Assembly (NCBI GenBank): GCA_965649765.1 | Contig: OZ287751.1 | Span: 79,236,001-79,300,000 of the forward strand | Source: Bispira polyomma | Taxonomy: Eukaryota | DNA: 64,000 bases | Direction of reading: 5' to 3' | Part shown: piece after piece, positions 1 through 14,068 of the stretch | Layout: every line of letters starts with the position of its first letter | How positions within the stretch are numbered: position 1 is the stretch's first letter | The notes under the pieces: generated by a model | Databases searched by the model: none | Told to the model about the DNA's origin: nothing | Seen by the model: the letters and a program-made list of their open reading frames with translations, nothing else | Translations under genes and position numbers: made by a program

Positions 1-1112
1 AAGGTTAAATCATTTCATAGGTGATATGTATAACAGATATATATGTCCTCTACAAGCATACAGACATTTGATCTACATACAGCTCTTCATTCAAGGTCAT
101 CCACGGAGTGCCAAAGTACCCCACATAGCAGACTTTAAAAGTGCCTATATCTCCCTTATTATTGGTCCTAGAGGTTTGGCATGTGAAGTCTACCTTTTGA
201 AAATCATGGGCTGGAAATCTTCTGATGTGGTCAGGTTTGACCTTGGGCCCCTCATTCAAGGTCAAACAAGCTATCCAAACTTAAAAGTGCTTATAACTCG
301 CTTATTATTGGTCCTACAGGTTTGCATTGTGAAACCAACTTATAGGTATTTATGGGCTAGGAATCTTCTGATATAGTCAGCTTTGACCTTGGGCCCCTCC
401 TTCAACGTCAAACGAGGATAACTAAACTTAAAAGTGCTTATAACTCGCTTATTATTGCTTCTAGAGATTTGCAATGTGAAACTAACTTATAGGTAATCAT
501 GGGCTGGGACTCTTCTGATGTGGTCAGATTTGACCTTGGGGCCCCTACTTCAAGGTCAGGTTAGGGTAGCTAAACTTATAAGTGCTTATAACTCGCTTAT
601 TATTGGTCCTACAGTTTTGGGATGTGAAACAAACCTATAGGAAATCATGGGCTGGGAGTCTTCTGATGTAGTCCGGTTTGACCTTGGGCCCCTCCTTGAA
701 GGTCAAATAAGGGTAGCCAAATTTAAAAGTGCTTATAACATGCTTATTTTTGGTCCTGGAGATTTGGAATGTCAAACCAATTTAAGGAAATCATAGACAT
801 AGAGGTTTGGGATGTGAAACCAACCTACAGAAAACAAGGGCGGCTAATCTTTTGGTCACATTTAACCTTGGATCCCTCGTGCAATGTCAAACGGGTAGGC
901 CAAACTTTAAAGTCACTATCACAGACTTATTATTGGTCCCACAGGTTTGCAATGTCAAACCCACTTGTGCCATTTAAGGCTTTAGCATAAATGTCCTCTA
1001 GGAAATCGTACGTTTCTAGCTTGGGTGCTAGCTAGAGTGCTTACTACTGAGGGTGCTTTGTCTTTCTGGCGGATACAAATATGCATCAGTTCTCAGGGCT
1101 CTAGGTCTAGTT
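1..1112. repeat. Tandem array of ~147-bp units (about 6 copies, truncated by window edge), probably the interior and 3' end of a non-autonomous Helitron/Helentron-type element
   Basis: AAAAGTGC-like marker recurs at ~137, 283, 430, 577, 725. Each unit has TTTGACCTTG-n11-CAAGGTCA(A). The array is followed by ...CTCTAGGTCTAG-TTTT near 1110. The element class is inferred. Confidence 0.75.
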
Positions 1113-4100
1113 TAATTTAAAAGTGACATTGATGCCTTTAACATAAATATGATGAGTGTGTGAAACTGAACACTTATACTTATATCTGATTTTATTCAAT
1201 TTCATCACAGGAATCCATGAACCATTTATGTGCATATTGTGTAACATTAATGTCATGTGAAAATTAAATTAATCCCTTACACATATTCACTGAAATTGGT
1301 TCAGTGGATATGTGTAAGAATTACCTAATACTATCAGGTAATACACATATTCCCAGGTAATTGTAGGGAATATACATATTTCCTGTCCAAAACAGGGAAT
1401 ATGTGTGTATTCACTAAATTTTAGGGAATATGCATATTAATAAAAAGTTGTTATATTATAATTAATATTCATTTTAAAACAATGAAATACCTTATATCAG
1501 CTTTATTTTATAACATTTTTTTCGATCGCAGATTCTGCCATTTTGTTAACAAAAGAACCAAAAATCTCATTTTGCACAGCTTCTAAAATATTAAACTACA
1601 GTCAGTTTGTCTGCTACATTTTCATTGATTTAAAATTGAGGAGTTGTCCTGTGACAACCAATCAACGGCTAGCTTTCTTCTAGCAAATTGCAAGCGTCAC
1701 CTAGTGACTGCGAGATTTGTTACCACATAAAACCAGCATGCCATAATAAAAGCAGTGTATAATTTATTCAAACCCCAGCAACCATAAAAGGGAAGTTTTC
1801 GTTTTTTGTATTGCACATTAGATGTATATATCAGACGGTATATATGGTGTGGTCTGCTTCCAATATACTTTTTAGGAATGTAAGCCATTATAATTTGATG
1901 GTTACATAGTGGCTAAATTGCTGATTTTTATCCCCCATTTAAAATTATAATGCCTTACTTTTTCAGTGACAGTAGGGGAGTGCCCCTACATTTGGAAATT
2001 CCTAGAATGGATACTGTGAAGTGACATTGGTATATTTTTCTAAATGTTATTTTGTTGAAGTACGAATTAATTTTAAAACCATGATTGATTTTTTAGTATT
2101 GGTAAAAATGTGAAATGAGCTGAAAATATAAGTATTGACCATATATTATTTTGCCGACAGAAACTTATTACTTTTAAAAAAATGTGGTTGGTAAAAGAAA
2201 TAATACTTGAATTTGTCGTCTGATGTCATAATAACTTCATCGTATTGAACAAGTACTCAGTGATGGACAATCTACATGTGGCCCCATGGGCCACTCTTAT
2301 CTTGTTAAGTGTTTGGTCATAGTTCTTTATTAAGCAGAATCAAATTATCATGAATTTTGTTAAAATGTACATAAAACCATGCATTATTTTTTTCATCATT
2401 ATTGCGTATTATTTGATCAATGTTGTATATTTTGTTTTAAGATGGTTTGATACACTATTAAACTAAAATTGTGTTATAAATATAACCTTGCACCGCTGAA
2501 ATACAAGTTTAGCTTACTATTTTTCAAGTTGTAAGTCTGGTTAAATCTGTTATTGTTAGCATGTTTGCTAATTGTCTTGTTACGATGCAATGGTTTCAAT
2601 CATATGGGTTTGACGAGTGAACATGTGACATGTTTTAACTGTTACAAACAGAACATAATTTATTTTCTGCAACTAATGTAATGAATTTCTGTATCAAACT
2701 GACTTTTTGAAATGCATTTATAAACATAACTCTTACCTTTTTACAATCATACATGTTATTTTGTAAGGATCTAAAAAAGACAATTTTGTTTATGACGTCT
2801 GGATGAAACAGCCGTCTAGATCTGCAAAAAGTCTAAATGTATTGAACACCAACTGCGTCTTTAAAAGACTTGTTCGCCAGAACTGCTGTTGAATTTCATA
2901 TGTGCCATATCTATAATGTATATGACCTCAGCTATTGAAGTGATGTAAAAGCCAACTAAACTAATTCATATGGACCAAAGTTTACTTGGAAATAAATTTA
3001 AATAGTAAATCTGCATACTCTGTACACTGTTGAACCAGCTTAATTATTATATAAGATTCCCTTCCAATTCATTAGATCATATTCGACGACCACTTTAAGG
3101 TAAAACAAGATGTATTGTGTCTTTCTTCGTTATAGCAGTTTGGAATGTACTACAATCATTTATATCCTAGCTGTTTGAAGTTTCTATGCAATGACTTCTT
3201 TTCATTTTGAATCTTGTGTTCAGTGTGGGGATATATTTGTAAATATATTATATTTTGTGTAACTGCCAATTAGATATGAAATATGTGTAAACCATTTTTT
3301 GTGTAGCCTTGTTTAGTGGTGCCTTATGTATGTGTCGCTTAGTTCATTGCTAAATACGCATCTTAAATATTCAGTGTCCTGACTTTAAAACTCAGGTAAT
3401 TCTTAATAAAGTCCCATTATTTTATAGGCAGCAGTTGCAGCAAATATTGAAGCTGTCATAGTAAAAAAGTAATACTAGAATATTTTACAAATAAAAAAAT
3501 ACTTTACTTTTGTGACTTGCACTATTGAATTTGTGTGTAAATATATTGTCATTCTTACATTCATTGTGAAAATATTTTAAATATGCAATAAACATTGCAG
3601 GTTTGCACAATTTGCATTTTTTGAAATATTTTTCTGAAACAATGATGATGCATATCGAATAATAACTGAACTTAAATATGTTTACGTAGATAATTGTTAC
3701 ATTATTGGGTGGTTTTTTTTTTTGTGTTAAAGATAACAAAGCTGTCTAAAGTAAGCGTTCAACTTTCATACACCCTGTCAAGCTTTTGAATCGATAAAAT
3801 TTTCTTTTAAACATCCGTATAAACCTAGCTGACTTCAAAATTGAATTCATATTATTTTAACCCAAAAAATATCTCTTGATAGAATGTTCTTTGAACTTCA
3901 GGATTATGGTCGCCATTGAATGTCTTTTGTCCGACACAGATTACCTTTAGTTTTGCCCTATATATACATTTGATCTGGAAAAAAGCATACTACTATTCAC
4001 TTGACCCGGCGTAGCCATATTTAATTTATGAGTATGAATACATAACTATAAATATGAAGGATGACATTAAACCCTAATGCTGTCTCTAAACCTGGAGAAC

Positions 4101-4949
4101 ATTAAACTCTAATGCTGAAATAGTTGTAAAAACCTACTTTCATAATGGGTGTGTGCGCAGTGAATTCTAGCCTTCACCCATAATTCTAAAAATGATTGAC
4201 TTTAGATGCATGACAAAACACATTTCAATTTCATGACTAATTTGTCCTGACTATAGCGTCTCACCAACTAGACTTGTCCATACCAACTTGGATAATATAG
4301 AGGAATTTGTCTTTGTACTGGGAAAAATTCTAATTTTATATATAACACTGACCTGTATGTACCAAATTACTAGATGGACCATATTAAAACGGAATTTAGT
4401 GGCTATGAAAGTAAACAAAAACTCGCCGGCGGTAAAGTATGCTATTTTGCGAATCTTCATTTGTACTCTGTATAACAACTATAATCACCCATAAAGTATA
4501 CTTTTGTAAGGTTTTCAACTATTTTAATATGTCCAAACAATTTAAAAATTTAATACTTTGCTATAAAACCCTAAAACACCTATATAGTGATTCTTGTGTT
4601 GTCACACAATTTCAAAATCTATGGTGGAATGGCCTATTTTTAAACAAATCTTAGAAGGCTTTCTATCGTGACACTTTAAGTGTATAGATTCAGCATATAT
4701 TGACACATGTACACTACCCTATTTTTAAAAAAAATATATATATTTTATTACACTGATATGTTTTTACCCAGCAGACATTAGCTATACCTATGCATATGTC
4801 GGTCCACACAAAACACAGAAAAAGTGAGTATGGTGCAGGATCTACCCGTTTTCTGGTAAAGATGATGTTTCCTGTACATATTAAATGGGGTTGAAATGCG
4901 ATATGGAGGATATTGTACCGCTATTTGAAGATAATGAGGATATTTTTCC

Positions 4950-5430
4950 TCTATAAGTCTGTCTTGGGTTAAAGTATATCGCGCTATGAGCGGATATTGT
5001 TACTATATACTACTATACACACACCTCCTATATTAAGCCTGTATAGGTCTGTCTTGAGTTGAAGTATATCGCGCTATGATCCGATAAAGTTACCCATATA
5101 CTACTACACACAACTCTCATATTATCCTGCATATGCTCACTGTAGGTCTGTCTAGAAATGAAGTTTATCGCGCTGTGATCGGATATAGTTTCCAATATAC
5201 TGCTGTACTCACACCTCCCATATTAACCCTGTATATGTCTATATAAGAATAAAGTATATCACTCTATGATCGGATAATGTTTACTGCATACTACTACACA
5301 CACAACTCCCATATTAACCCTATACAGGTCTGTGTAGAAATAAAGTTTATCCCGTTATGAGCTACTGGGCTGCTGGTTTCAGATTGGATAAAGTTAGTCC
5401 TATGCTACTGTACAGACAGGGTATTATCCC
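4950..5430. repeat. Degenerate minisatellite, ~90-100-bp unit, ~5 copies
   Basis: GTCTGT..AAGTATATCGCGCTATGA.CGGATA..TACTAC.CACAC.CTCC.ATATTA recurs at ~4957, 5048, 5147, 5238, 5328. Confidence 0.8.
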
Positions 5431-5653
5431 TGTATAATGTAGATGTGTGAATAATTTTATATTCTCACTAACTATATTAGCAAGTTTTATTTAGTCTTAC
5501 ATTACAATTAAATTACAGAATTTTTTTCTCATTTTTACTCTTTTTAAAAATAGTACCAAATTTAATGTTAATGTTAATAATCAAGCTTAACTTCGTTAAT
5601 GTACTTTAATTAGATACATACAATACTGCTGGAACTAATTTGCAATTTTCCTA

Positions 5654-5761
5654 GGCCCGTATTCCTGAAAGGACTTAGCCAGGTCTTAGGCTTAAATCTA
5701 GAACAAAAGTATATTGGTTTAAGCCTAAGACCTGGCTAAGTCCCTTCATGAACACGGCCCC
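5654..5761. mobile_element. Fold-back MITE (PIF/Harbinger-like ends)
   Basis: ~43-bp inverted arms GGCCCGTATTCCTGAAAGGACTTAGCCAGGTCTTAGGCTTAAA / TTTAAGCCTAAGACCTGGCTAAGTCCCTTCATGAACACGGCCCC around a ~20-nt spacer. Confidence 0.75.
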
Positions 5762-7060
5762 TGTAATTCAGAATTAAAAATTGGAGGTAGTGACGCTGAT
5801 TATTAAGCATGGGCTTTTTTCCTGTTAATTAAGAGATCACTTAAGACATACATATTACCCATATAAAATTGCAAGTTTTAATAATTGAATTAAATGTTAT
5901 AATCTGGACACTGTATTGTACAGGGATTCAGTTCAATCTGGTTCTATTGTAAATCCGCCTGTGTGTTAGTCTGAACAGGCTATAATTTAGCTTTATTATA
6001 TAACATTGGGGCAAGCGCCCGATTCACCCAAGTGCCCAAACCCCCATATTAAAGGGAATCCTTTGAAAGACAGTTCATATTTCTGTAAAGTTGCGTTTGT
6101 CTGTTTTTGAGACAAAAATTGTTTGCTTTTATGGAGATTAATTATAACTGTTCATAGGACCATTGAGGTAAAAGGTTATTTGTTACTCAGGTAAATTTAC
6201 CATTGCCTTTTGCTAATGAATATTGTTTCATGAAAAAATTGATGGATACTTCTTTAATCCTGGCCAGTTATCCGAGGGTATTTCAAGTCACTTCATATGT
6301 AGAGACACATTAATAATTTCAGTATTAGAACAATTTATCAGAATATTAGTTCATTCAAGTGTACTTTGTTAAAGATTTATATTTAAGCCCCCTTCCAAAA
6401 AAGCAATTTATTTTTGCTATTTCTAACTTAGGGGCAAACCCCCTTTTTAAAACTTGTTTGTTTTTTTGTTGTTTTTTTTGTTCCTCGAGTGTAAATTTGG
6501 TACTTAACTTTGTTAATGATTTGCATGTTACACCCTTACCAAAATAGCTATTTAATTTTGCATTTCTTATTTGGGGGCAAGTCCTCTAACCCCCTTTTGG
6601 GAAAACGATTTTTTTTGGTCTTGTTTGTTTTTAATATTATATATTGCTTGATTATTGCTTTTGTTTGTCTTCAGGATTATAGTCATTTCTCTGAGCATTC
6701 AATATTTTAGGGGGGGGGGGGGGGTGTTACATATTTTGAGGGTGTGGAGGGTTGGCTGTACTTGCTGTTTCATCTTTAAGACAAATACGATGAGGGACCT
6801 AGTAAATTTGGATAAACTTTATCCTTCTGATGGAATAAAAAGGATAAATGGATAATGATTATAAAAACTTTATCCTTCTGATGGAATAAAAAGGATAAAA
6901 GGATAATGACGATATTGTGAGATACTGCACCCTTCTGAAAAAAGTGTACCGGGACAAGCCCCGGCCGGACCAGCACAGGTTCCTCAATCACCCGGTGGCA
7001 CATGTGTGTGCTTGTCATATATTCCTCATCTTATGGTTTGGCGTGGACTTGGATAGACGT

Positions 7061-8102
7061 TTTGTTATACCCCACAGTCTATAAAGGCCAAGCAGGTATT
7101 GTTTTCACCCATGTCGTCCGGCTGGGCGGTTTGACCTTGTGACCTTGGACTTGAAAATCTTGTCCGGGGCTGTATCTCAGCAACCGCAAGGTGGAAGAAG
7201 TTCAAACTTGGCAGGGATGTTCTTTGGGGGTCTAGTTCTGCAACGTCATGGTCTGACCTCAGTTTGACTTTGCCCCTGTGATCTTGAACTTGAAAATCTT
7301 CTCCGGGCTGTATCTTGGCAACCGTGAGGGGGAACAAGTTCAAACTTGTCAGGGATGTTCCTTAGGGCAGATAGTTGTCCAATGTTATGGTCTGACCTCA
7401 GTTTCACCTTGACCATGGACTTGAAAATCTTGTCCGGGGCTGTATCTCGGCAACCGTAAGGTGGAAGAAGTTTAAACTTGGCAGGGATGTTCCTTAGGGG
7501 GTCTAGTTCTGCAACGTCATGGTCTGACCTCAATTTGACTTTGCCCCTGTGACCTTAAACTTGAAAATCTTCTCCAGGCTGTATCTCGGCAACCGTAAGG
7601 GGAAACAAGTTCAAACTTGGCAGGGATGTTCCTTAGGGGGTATAGTTATGCAACGTTATGGTTTGACCTCAGTTTGACCTTGGACTTGAAAATCTTGTCC
7701 GGGGCTGTATCTTGGCAACTGTAAGGTGGAAGAAATTTAAACTTGGCAGGGCTGTTCCATTGGGGGTCTAGTTGTGCAACGTTATGGTCTGACCTCAGTT
7801 TGATCTTGCCCTTGTGACCTTGGATTTAAAAATCTTGTCCGGGGCTGTATCTCGACAACCGTAAGGTGGAAGAAGTTTAAACTTGGCAGGGATGTTACCT
7901 GCGAGGTTTAGTTCTGCAATATCTCAGCTATTGTGAGGCTGGACAAACTTAAAAATCTATACCTTTACATAACTTACACTTTGTCTCTTCTACACAACAC
8001 ATTACCAGTTGTACATTTTCACCTCTTCCGTATCTGCTGGTCTCTCTGACCATTCACCCAAGCTGTGGGGTATGGGAATTTCTGATGCTATTTTTTAGTT
8101 TT
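7061..8102 (+). mobile_element. Non-autonomous Helentron-associated (HINE/DINE-1/pearl-like) element with internal tandem repeats
   Basis: Perfect 11-bp subterminal inverted repeats ATACCCCACAG (7067-7077) and CTGTGGGGTAT (8063-8073), T-rich ends, six 125-140-bp internal units with TGACCT motifs. Confidence 0.75.
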
Positions 8103-9065
8103 GCCAAATATTTCATACAATTTTATAGTTCTAAAGAACTTTGTTATATTTAAAAAAGTAACAAGCAGTTTAGTAATTATCAGTGTGGTTTTGCTGTTTT
8201 ATGATTAGTTTTTCCCCAGTGACAATAGACAAAGGTAAAGCTAAAACTGGCTCAGGCCAGAGGCAGGGTGTGTGTGGCCACAAGATGGCGGGACAAGCAC
8301 TTGGACTCAGATCCATGTTGCTTGGAACTTATGCTTAAGCTTTACACCATCGCAGACAAAACAGCTCGCTAAACCAGTGTACAAGATCAGGAACATTAAA
8401 AGTCGGAAACCGAAATGCTGTGGGGACAGCCTTTGCCGAGGGGCAGGTTATCACAAATAAGGACTTGGAAGCAATACTGGGGTCAGGAGTTGGTTCTGCT
8501 ACCAACTCACCTAGAATGGATATTTCAGTTAGCCACCCTCCAGGTTTTAAAGATATGGCTCCTATTACTCCTCCCATACAGAGGAAAACACGGGCTCCTC
8601 CAGGAGTTGACAAACCTCAAATTTATCACAGTGACTTTATGTTACAAAGGAATTTCCTAATTGCAGGGTGGTCAGAGAGGATGTCTGTCTTAGAACAGAG
8701 GTTCCTAAAAGCCAAGTTTGTCCAGTGAGCTCCTGCAGTAACTGCTCCGGTTAGCTTGGTGGCACGGAGCAAGAAGTTGAGGTGGAAAGTCTGTGCAGCA
8801 CATGGCAGACATTATTTTTACACTTACGGCCAGCCTAGTTTTGCCAGCCAGAGATGCATATATGCCCCTACTCAAGAGTAATATACGGCCAGATACTTTT
8901 ATTAAATTAAGGAACGGCACTTTTGACATCTACGGGTTAAAGATCTCACCATCAGAGCCACAGAGGAGGAAATCTGTTAGGCTGAGCTGCTCCAGCCCAG
9001 GCAAAGTCTGGGTTCTATGAGCAGAGTCACCGGTACAGCCCGTACCATACTCGTACTCAACCAAC

Positions 9066-11490
9066 AATCTAATCTAATCTAACTTTTATAGCGCTTAATC
9101 TCGCCTTCTTAGGGGATTCTAAGGCGCAGGCCAGTATCCTTATTCAATTTGCATTTCCGTTAGACAAGCATGGGTCAGCACCAGGGAGACGCTGGGTGAA
9201 TTTAGGGCTATGGTGGAAAAGCCTTGTCAAATAGGTAGGTTTTAAGTTTGTTTTTTCTAAAGGATGTGAGTGATGTTGCACAAAGAATTTCGGCAGGTAA
9301 TTTATTCCAAAGTGTTGGAGCATCATGGGCAAAGCTATTGTTAAACTGACTTTTAGATTTGTGTACTGCTGAGATAAATCTTGGAACGGTCATATAATTT
9401 TTTTTTGGTCTGCTCCTTCTGGTGTTATGACTGCATGTGTAAAGTGTGAGATATGGATTCCAGTATGCTGGAAGGCCATAATTTAAGAATTTGTAGACTA
9501 AGGTAGCTGTTTTAAACAAACATCTAAACTCAATGGGTAACCAGCGGAGATTTCTTAAAACAGGATTAACACAGGAGTACTTGGAATGGTTGGCCACTGG
9601 TCTGGCTAACTAGTTTTGGATGCATTGCAACTTACGGATGTCAGCCTTGGATAAACTTCTATAAAGAAAATTACAGTAGTCAAGACGACTTGTAACCAGG
9701 GCATTTGCAACTATAGCAGTACTGGCTGACATATAGCACCTAACCCTTCTTAGATCCCTCATTTGGATGAAGCAAGACTTGTAAACTTCATGAACTTGTT
9801 TGGAGAAGGAAAATGTAGAATCAAACCCCTCTCCCAGGTTCTTGACAGCATTTGCAGGGTACACCATGTTTCCTAAAATATTAACTAGGAAAAAATCCTT
9901 CAAACTATCAGCCTGTGCTCTTGATTTGAATAGTATAAACTCAGTCTTATCCGGGTTTAAATTAAGCTTGTTGGCAAACATCCATTTTTGAACATCACTG
10001 AGACAACCTTTTAGACTGTCACGAACAGTTGTGGCATTTTTTATGAGATATGAGCATACAGCTGTGTGTCATCAGCATAAAAGTGGTACTTGATATTGCT
10101 GTTTGCTGATGATATAGCTGAGCGGAGTAGTGTACAAAGAAATCAAGATTGGGCCCAGAACTGACCCTTGTGAAACACCAAACTCAAGCTTAAAAAACTC
10201 TGACAGAGTGGAGCCTATTTTGACAGACTGAAATCGATTTGAGAGATATGGAGTAAACCATTCGAGAACTGTACAATGAGAGCCGAACCAGGATGATAAG
10301 TATTTAAGCAAGGTAGCATGATCAATAGTATCAAAAGCTGCCGACAGGTCGATGTAGGTTGACCTTTTGAAAGAGATATATGTACTTCATTTTTGATGGA
10401 TAGAAGAGCTGTTTCAGTGGAATGGCCCTGTTTATAAGCAGACTGCAGGAGGTTACCCAAACCATTTTTGTTGATATGTTGTGTTATTTGTTTTGCAACA
10501 ATTCTTTCCACTAGCTTGGAGATGAAACTTAGGCCCGATACTGGCCTATAATTCTTAAGGTCATTTTTTGGTAACGATGGTTTATTTATAAGGGGATTTA
10601 CTACAGCCTGTTTAAATTTATCAGGTACAATACCCTCTGCAGTAGAGTGGTTGACAAGTCTGGTGATAGAGGGTATAAGTATATCGAACCATTCCTTCAC
10701 CAGGAAGGTTGGCAAGGGGTCTAACGTACAGGTTTTAGTGGGGGATTCCTTAATAGTTTTTAGGACTTCATCTTGTGAAACTTGGGTAAAGCCAGAGAAA
10801 TTCGGTAGAGGTCTGGTAAGGGGAATGCAACATATATTTGAGCCAGAGAACATGTTTCTGATATTCTTAATTTTTTCACTGAAGAAAACCCCAAATATTT
10901 CTGCCCGAGATTTTCCTGATGTGAATACTGGAAGGATAGACTCAGGTGTAATATGGAGGACTCTGTGCAATTCTTGCCAGAGCTTTCACCCATTTTGTGA
11001 ATTTTCTTCAATGACTGATTTGTAGTGATCTCTTTTTGTTTTATTTAACAATTTATTGCACCATGCAACCTGTTTTCTTAATCTAGATTTGTTTAGTGGA
11101 CTTTTCTGCTTTCTCCAGGCTCGTTCATATTGACGGTGCAGTGCTTTTGCCGTACAGTATGCTTCAGGAACCCATTTTGGTGCTGCTTTTTTAGTAATCT
11201 AGTTTTACCTGGGGCATGTTTGTCAAGTAATAATTTAAGGTCACTGATGTATTGATTATACAAGTCAGTAGCCTTTTTACAAGGGTCTGTGACAAAGGGA
11301 ATGGTAGACAGGTCATACTTTAGTTTGCACATGGCAATACGGTGATAACACCTGAAGCTGACAGTACGCTCGACTGATACGGCTTGAGGTATTATGCTAA
11401 CGTCACATGAAACAACTGCATGATTAGATATGAAATCCGAGCACCTTGTATTTCTTACTAACTCGAGATCTGTGGGAGCCAGAATGAGGT
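9066..11490 (-). mobile_element. 5'-truncated, frameshifted L2/Crack-like (CR1 group) LINE
   Basis: ORF fragments 11093-11332, 10215-10970 (NYRPVSGLSFISKLVE), 10072-10311 (GVSQGSVLGP), YADD near 10070, 9610-9981, 9208-9597 (..KTYLFDKAFPP); (ATTAG)n tail at 9068-9082. Confidence 0.92.
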
Positions 11491-11798
11491 GAACAACACA
11501 GTCTGCCCCTACCAGTCAGACTCAGGACACAACCTCTTCATGGGGTTTTTACCCTGCCACCCCTCATGAACGTGGTAACCCCAGCAATATTGTCCTTACA
11601 AAAGTGTATCCAAGCCTTAGCAGAGAAAATAACACTTTATTTCACAGGGGTCTTTCTGGTGCCTGTTTTGTAGACAATTTACAGGCTTTGAACTATGTAA
11701 ATATAGTAGAAAAGAAACTGTGTAAATACTGTGAAATATGTTTCCAATGTTTGCCGGCTTGTACAAAAACCAAATGTATACTCAAGTATTGTTGTTCA

Positions 11799-14068
11799 TC
11801 TAATCTAGTCGTACTTTTATAGCGCTTAATCTTTGTACAACAAATTCTAAGGCGCAACAAACCCAAAACGTTAATCGAAAATCAAAAATAGTGGGCGGAT
11901 GGAAGTCGTAACCAGAGAGACTACCGTAAATGGTTGCGACGGCTAAGGTGGAAAAGCCTGTTCAAAAAGATAGGCCTTCAGCTTACTCCTGAAAGAGGAG
12001 AAAGTTTGAGCCAGGCGAACATGATCAGGTAGGCTGTTCCAAATGAGGGGGCCATCATGAGCTAGGCAGTGATTGAACTGAACTTTGGATTTGTGGATGC
12101 GAGGGTCGAAAGTGGGAATGTTAAGGTATAATTTATCAGGGTTACTGCGCCTTGTCCTGACTGAGCATGTATATTTGGATAGATGGGGGCTAAAATAAGT
12201 GGGTAATCCAGAATTTAGAAATTTAAATATTATTGTTGCTGTTTTGAAAGCAACACAATATTTTATTGGGAGCCAGTGCAGTGACTTGAGTACAGGAGTA
12301 ATGTGGGAAAATTTAGAAGTTTTGGTCACAATACGTGCCAACGAGTGTTTGATATTCTGAAGGCGTCTGAGATCACTACGAGATAAGGAACAGAACAAAG
12401 AGTTGCAGTAATCAAGCCTGCTGTTGACCAAAGCATTGGCAACAGTGATTGCAGTGGATTTGGAAAGATAGCGTCGAATCCACCTGAAATCACGGAGGCC
12501 AACAAAACATGATCTACACACCGCTGCGACATGGTTAGAGAAGGAGAATTCAGAGTCGAACACCACACCCAGGTTTCGTACTTTGTCAGCTGGAGAAAAC
12601 CTGCTGCCAAGAATGTTAAGTGGAAAACAACAGGACAATTTTTCCCGTTGCGACTTGGAGCCAAACAAAATAAACTCAGTCTTCTCAGGGTTCAGCTTGA
12701 GATATAGCAAAGGCCTGAGACAGGACGGTAATTTTTCAAGTCAGCCTTTGGTAGAGAAGGTTTTTTTATTAAAGGAGTGACAATGGCCTTTTTAAAATCA
12801 TCTGGAAAGACACCATTTACCAACGAGAGGTTGATAAGTTTTGTGATTGAGGGCAATAAAATGTCAATACATTCCTTAACAAGGAATGTGGGCCACGGAT
12901 CTAGCAAGCAAGATTTTACGGGTGATGCCAGTATAATTTTCCTGACTTCATCAACAGTTACTGTGGAGAAACAGTTGAAGACGGTTGGTGGAGCTGTTGG
13001 TAAAGGGGCATTTGGGGCGGCTAATGTAAAACCGTCACGGATTCTGGTAATTTTATCAGTGAAAAAAGTACTAAAAATGTTTGCCAGTGATTTGCTATTG
13101 CAACTTTCGGGTAGTATAGTCTGTTTTTTACAGTGCAGGGTGCTATTTAGCTTTTGCCAAAGTTTCTTCGGGTCACCCTCGCTTTGTGAGATGATGTTGG
13201 CATAGTAGGCACGTTTTGAGTCATTTATAGTGTTGTTGCACCGGGTGATCCATTGGCGTAGTCTTGATCTATTTGTAGTAGTTTTGTTTCGGCGCCACGT
13301 TCGTTCGGCTTGTCTGCGCAGCATCTTCATTTCACGATAATTACTGGTGATCCACTCAGGTGCCGGCTTCTTCAATGTCTTTGATTTACATGGCGCATGG
13401 CGTTCTATAAGAGACTGCAGGTCAGCGCAGTACTGTGTGTATAGGTCAGTGGCATTATCAGCAGGAGACTTGACGAAGGCCGTATCTGCCAGCTCTCGTC
13501 TAAGGTCAGACATATTGATTTTTTGAAATTGCCGAAAAGTGATTTGTGTGACATCAAAAGATGGTGGGGAGGGAGCATCAATTTCACAGGATATTGAAAA
13601 ATGATCACTGATGCAACCAATGTTTTTTATGTTTCTGATACTATTGAAATCAGTCGGAGTTAGCAAGCAGTCTAGTGTATGCCCATGAATATGGGTAGGG
13701 AAGTTTATGTGTTGGATGAGATTGCAAGATTTCAGAACTGTGGAAAACCGATAACTAATTCCAGATGCGGTGTCTATGTGAATATTAAAATCCCCACAGA
13801 ATACAGTAGGAGAGGGTAACGAGCAAGTAAACCCAACAAAAGACATGAATTTTTCGAAAAATGTAGTGAGATTTGAGCCAGGAGGCCGATAAACTGTTGC
13901 AAAATTTAAACAGTGGTTTTTCCAGTGACCAGAGACAAGGATGAGTTCGAAAGATGTAAAACTTGGTGTAGCAACTAATTGACATTCATAGTTTTTCTTA
14001 ATAAAAAATCCTACCCCCCCACCCTGTTTACCTACACGAGGGTTATGGAATAGCTGAAAGTTCATCAT
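11799..14068 (-). mobile_element. L2/Crack-like LINE with partial APE endonuclease and internal deletion of the RT core
   Basis: ORF 12692-14068 (GGGVGFFI, VYRPP, CGDFNIH, THIHGHTLD, SDH..NYRPVSG) abuts ORF 11943-12710 (LKLNPEKTEF..KAYLFEQAFPP); no QGSVLGP/YADD in between; conserved 3' tail TTAAGCGCTATAAAAGT. Confidence 0.92.

Noticed and set aside
1150-4900. AT-rich stretch with several AATAAA, as a possible 3' UTR of an upstream gene
   Set aside because: No exon or coding evidence in the window, and AATAAA is expected by chance at this composition.
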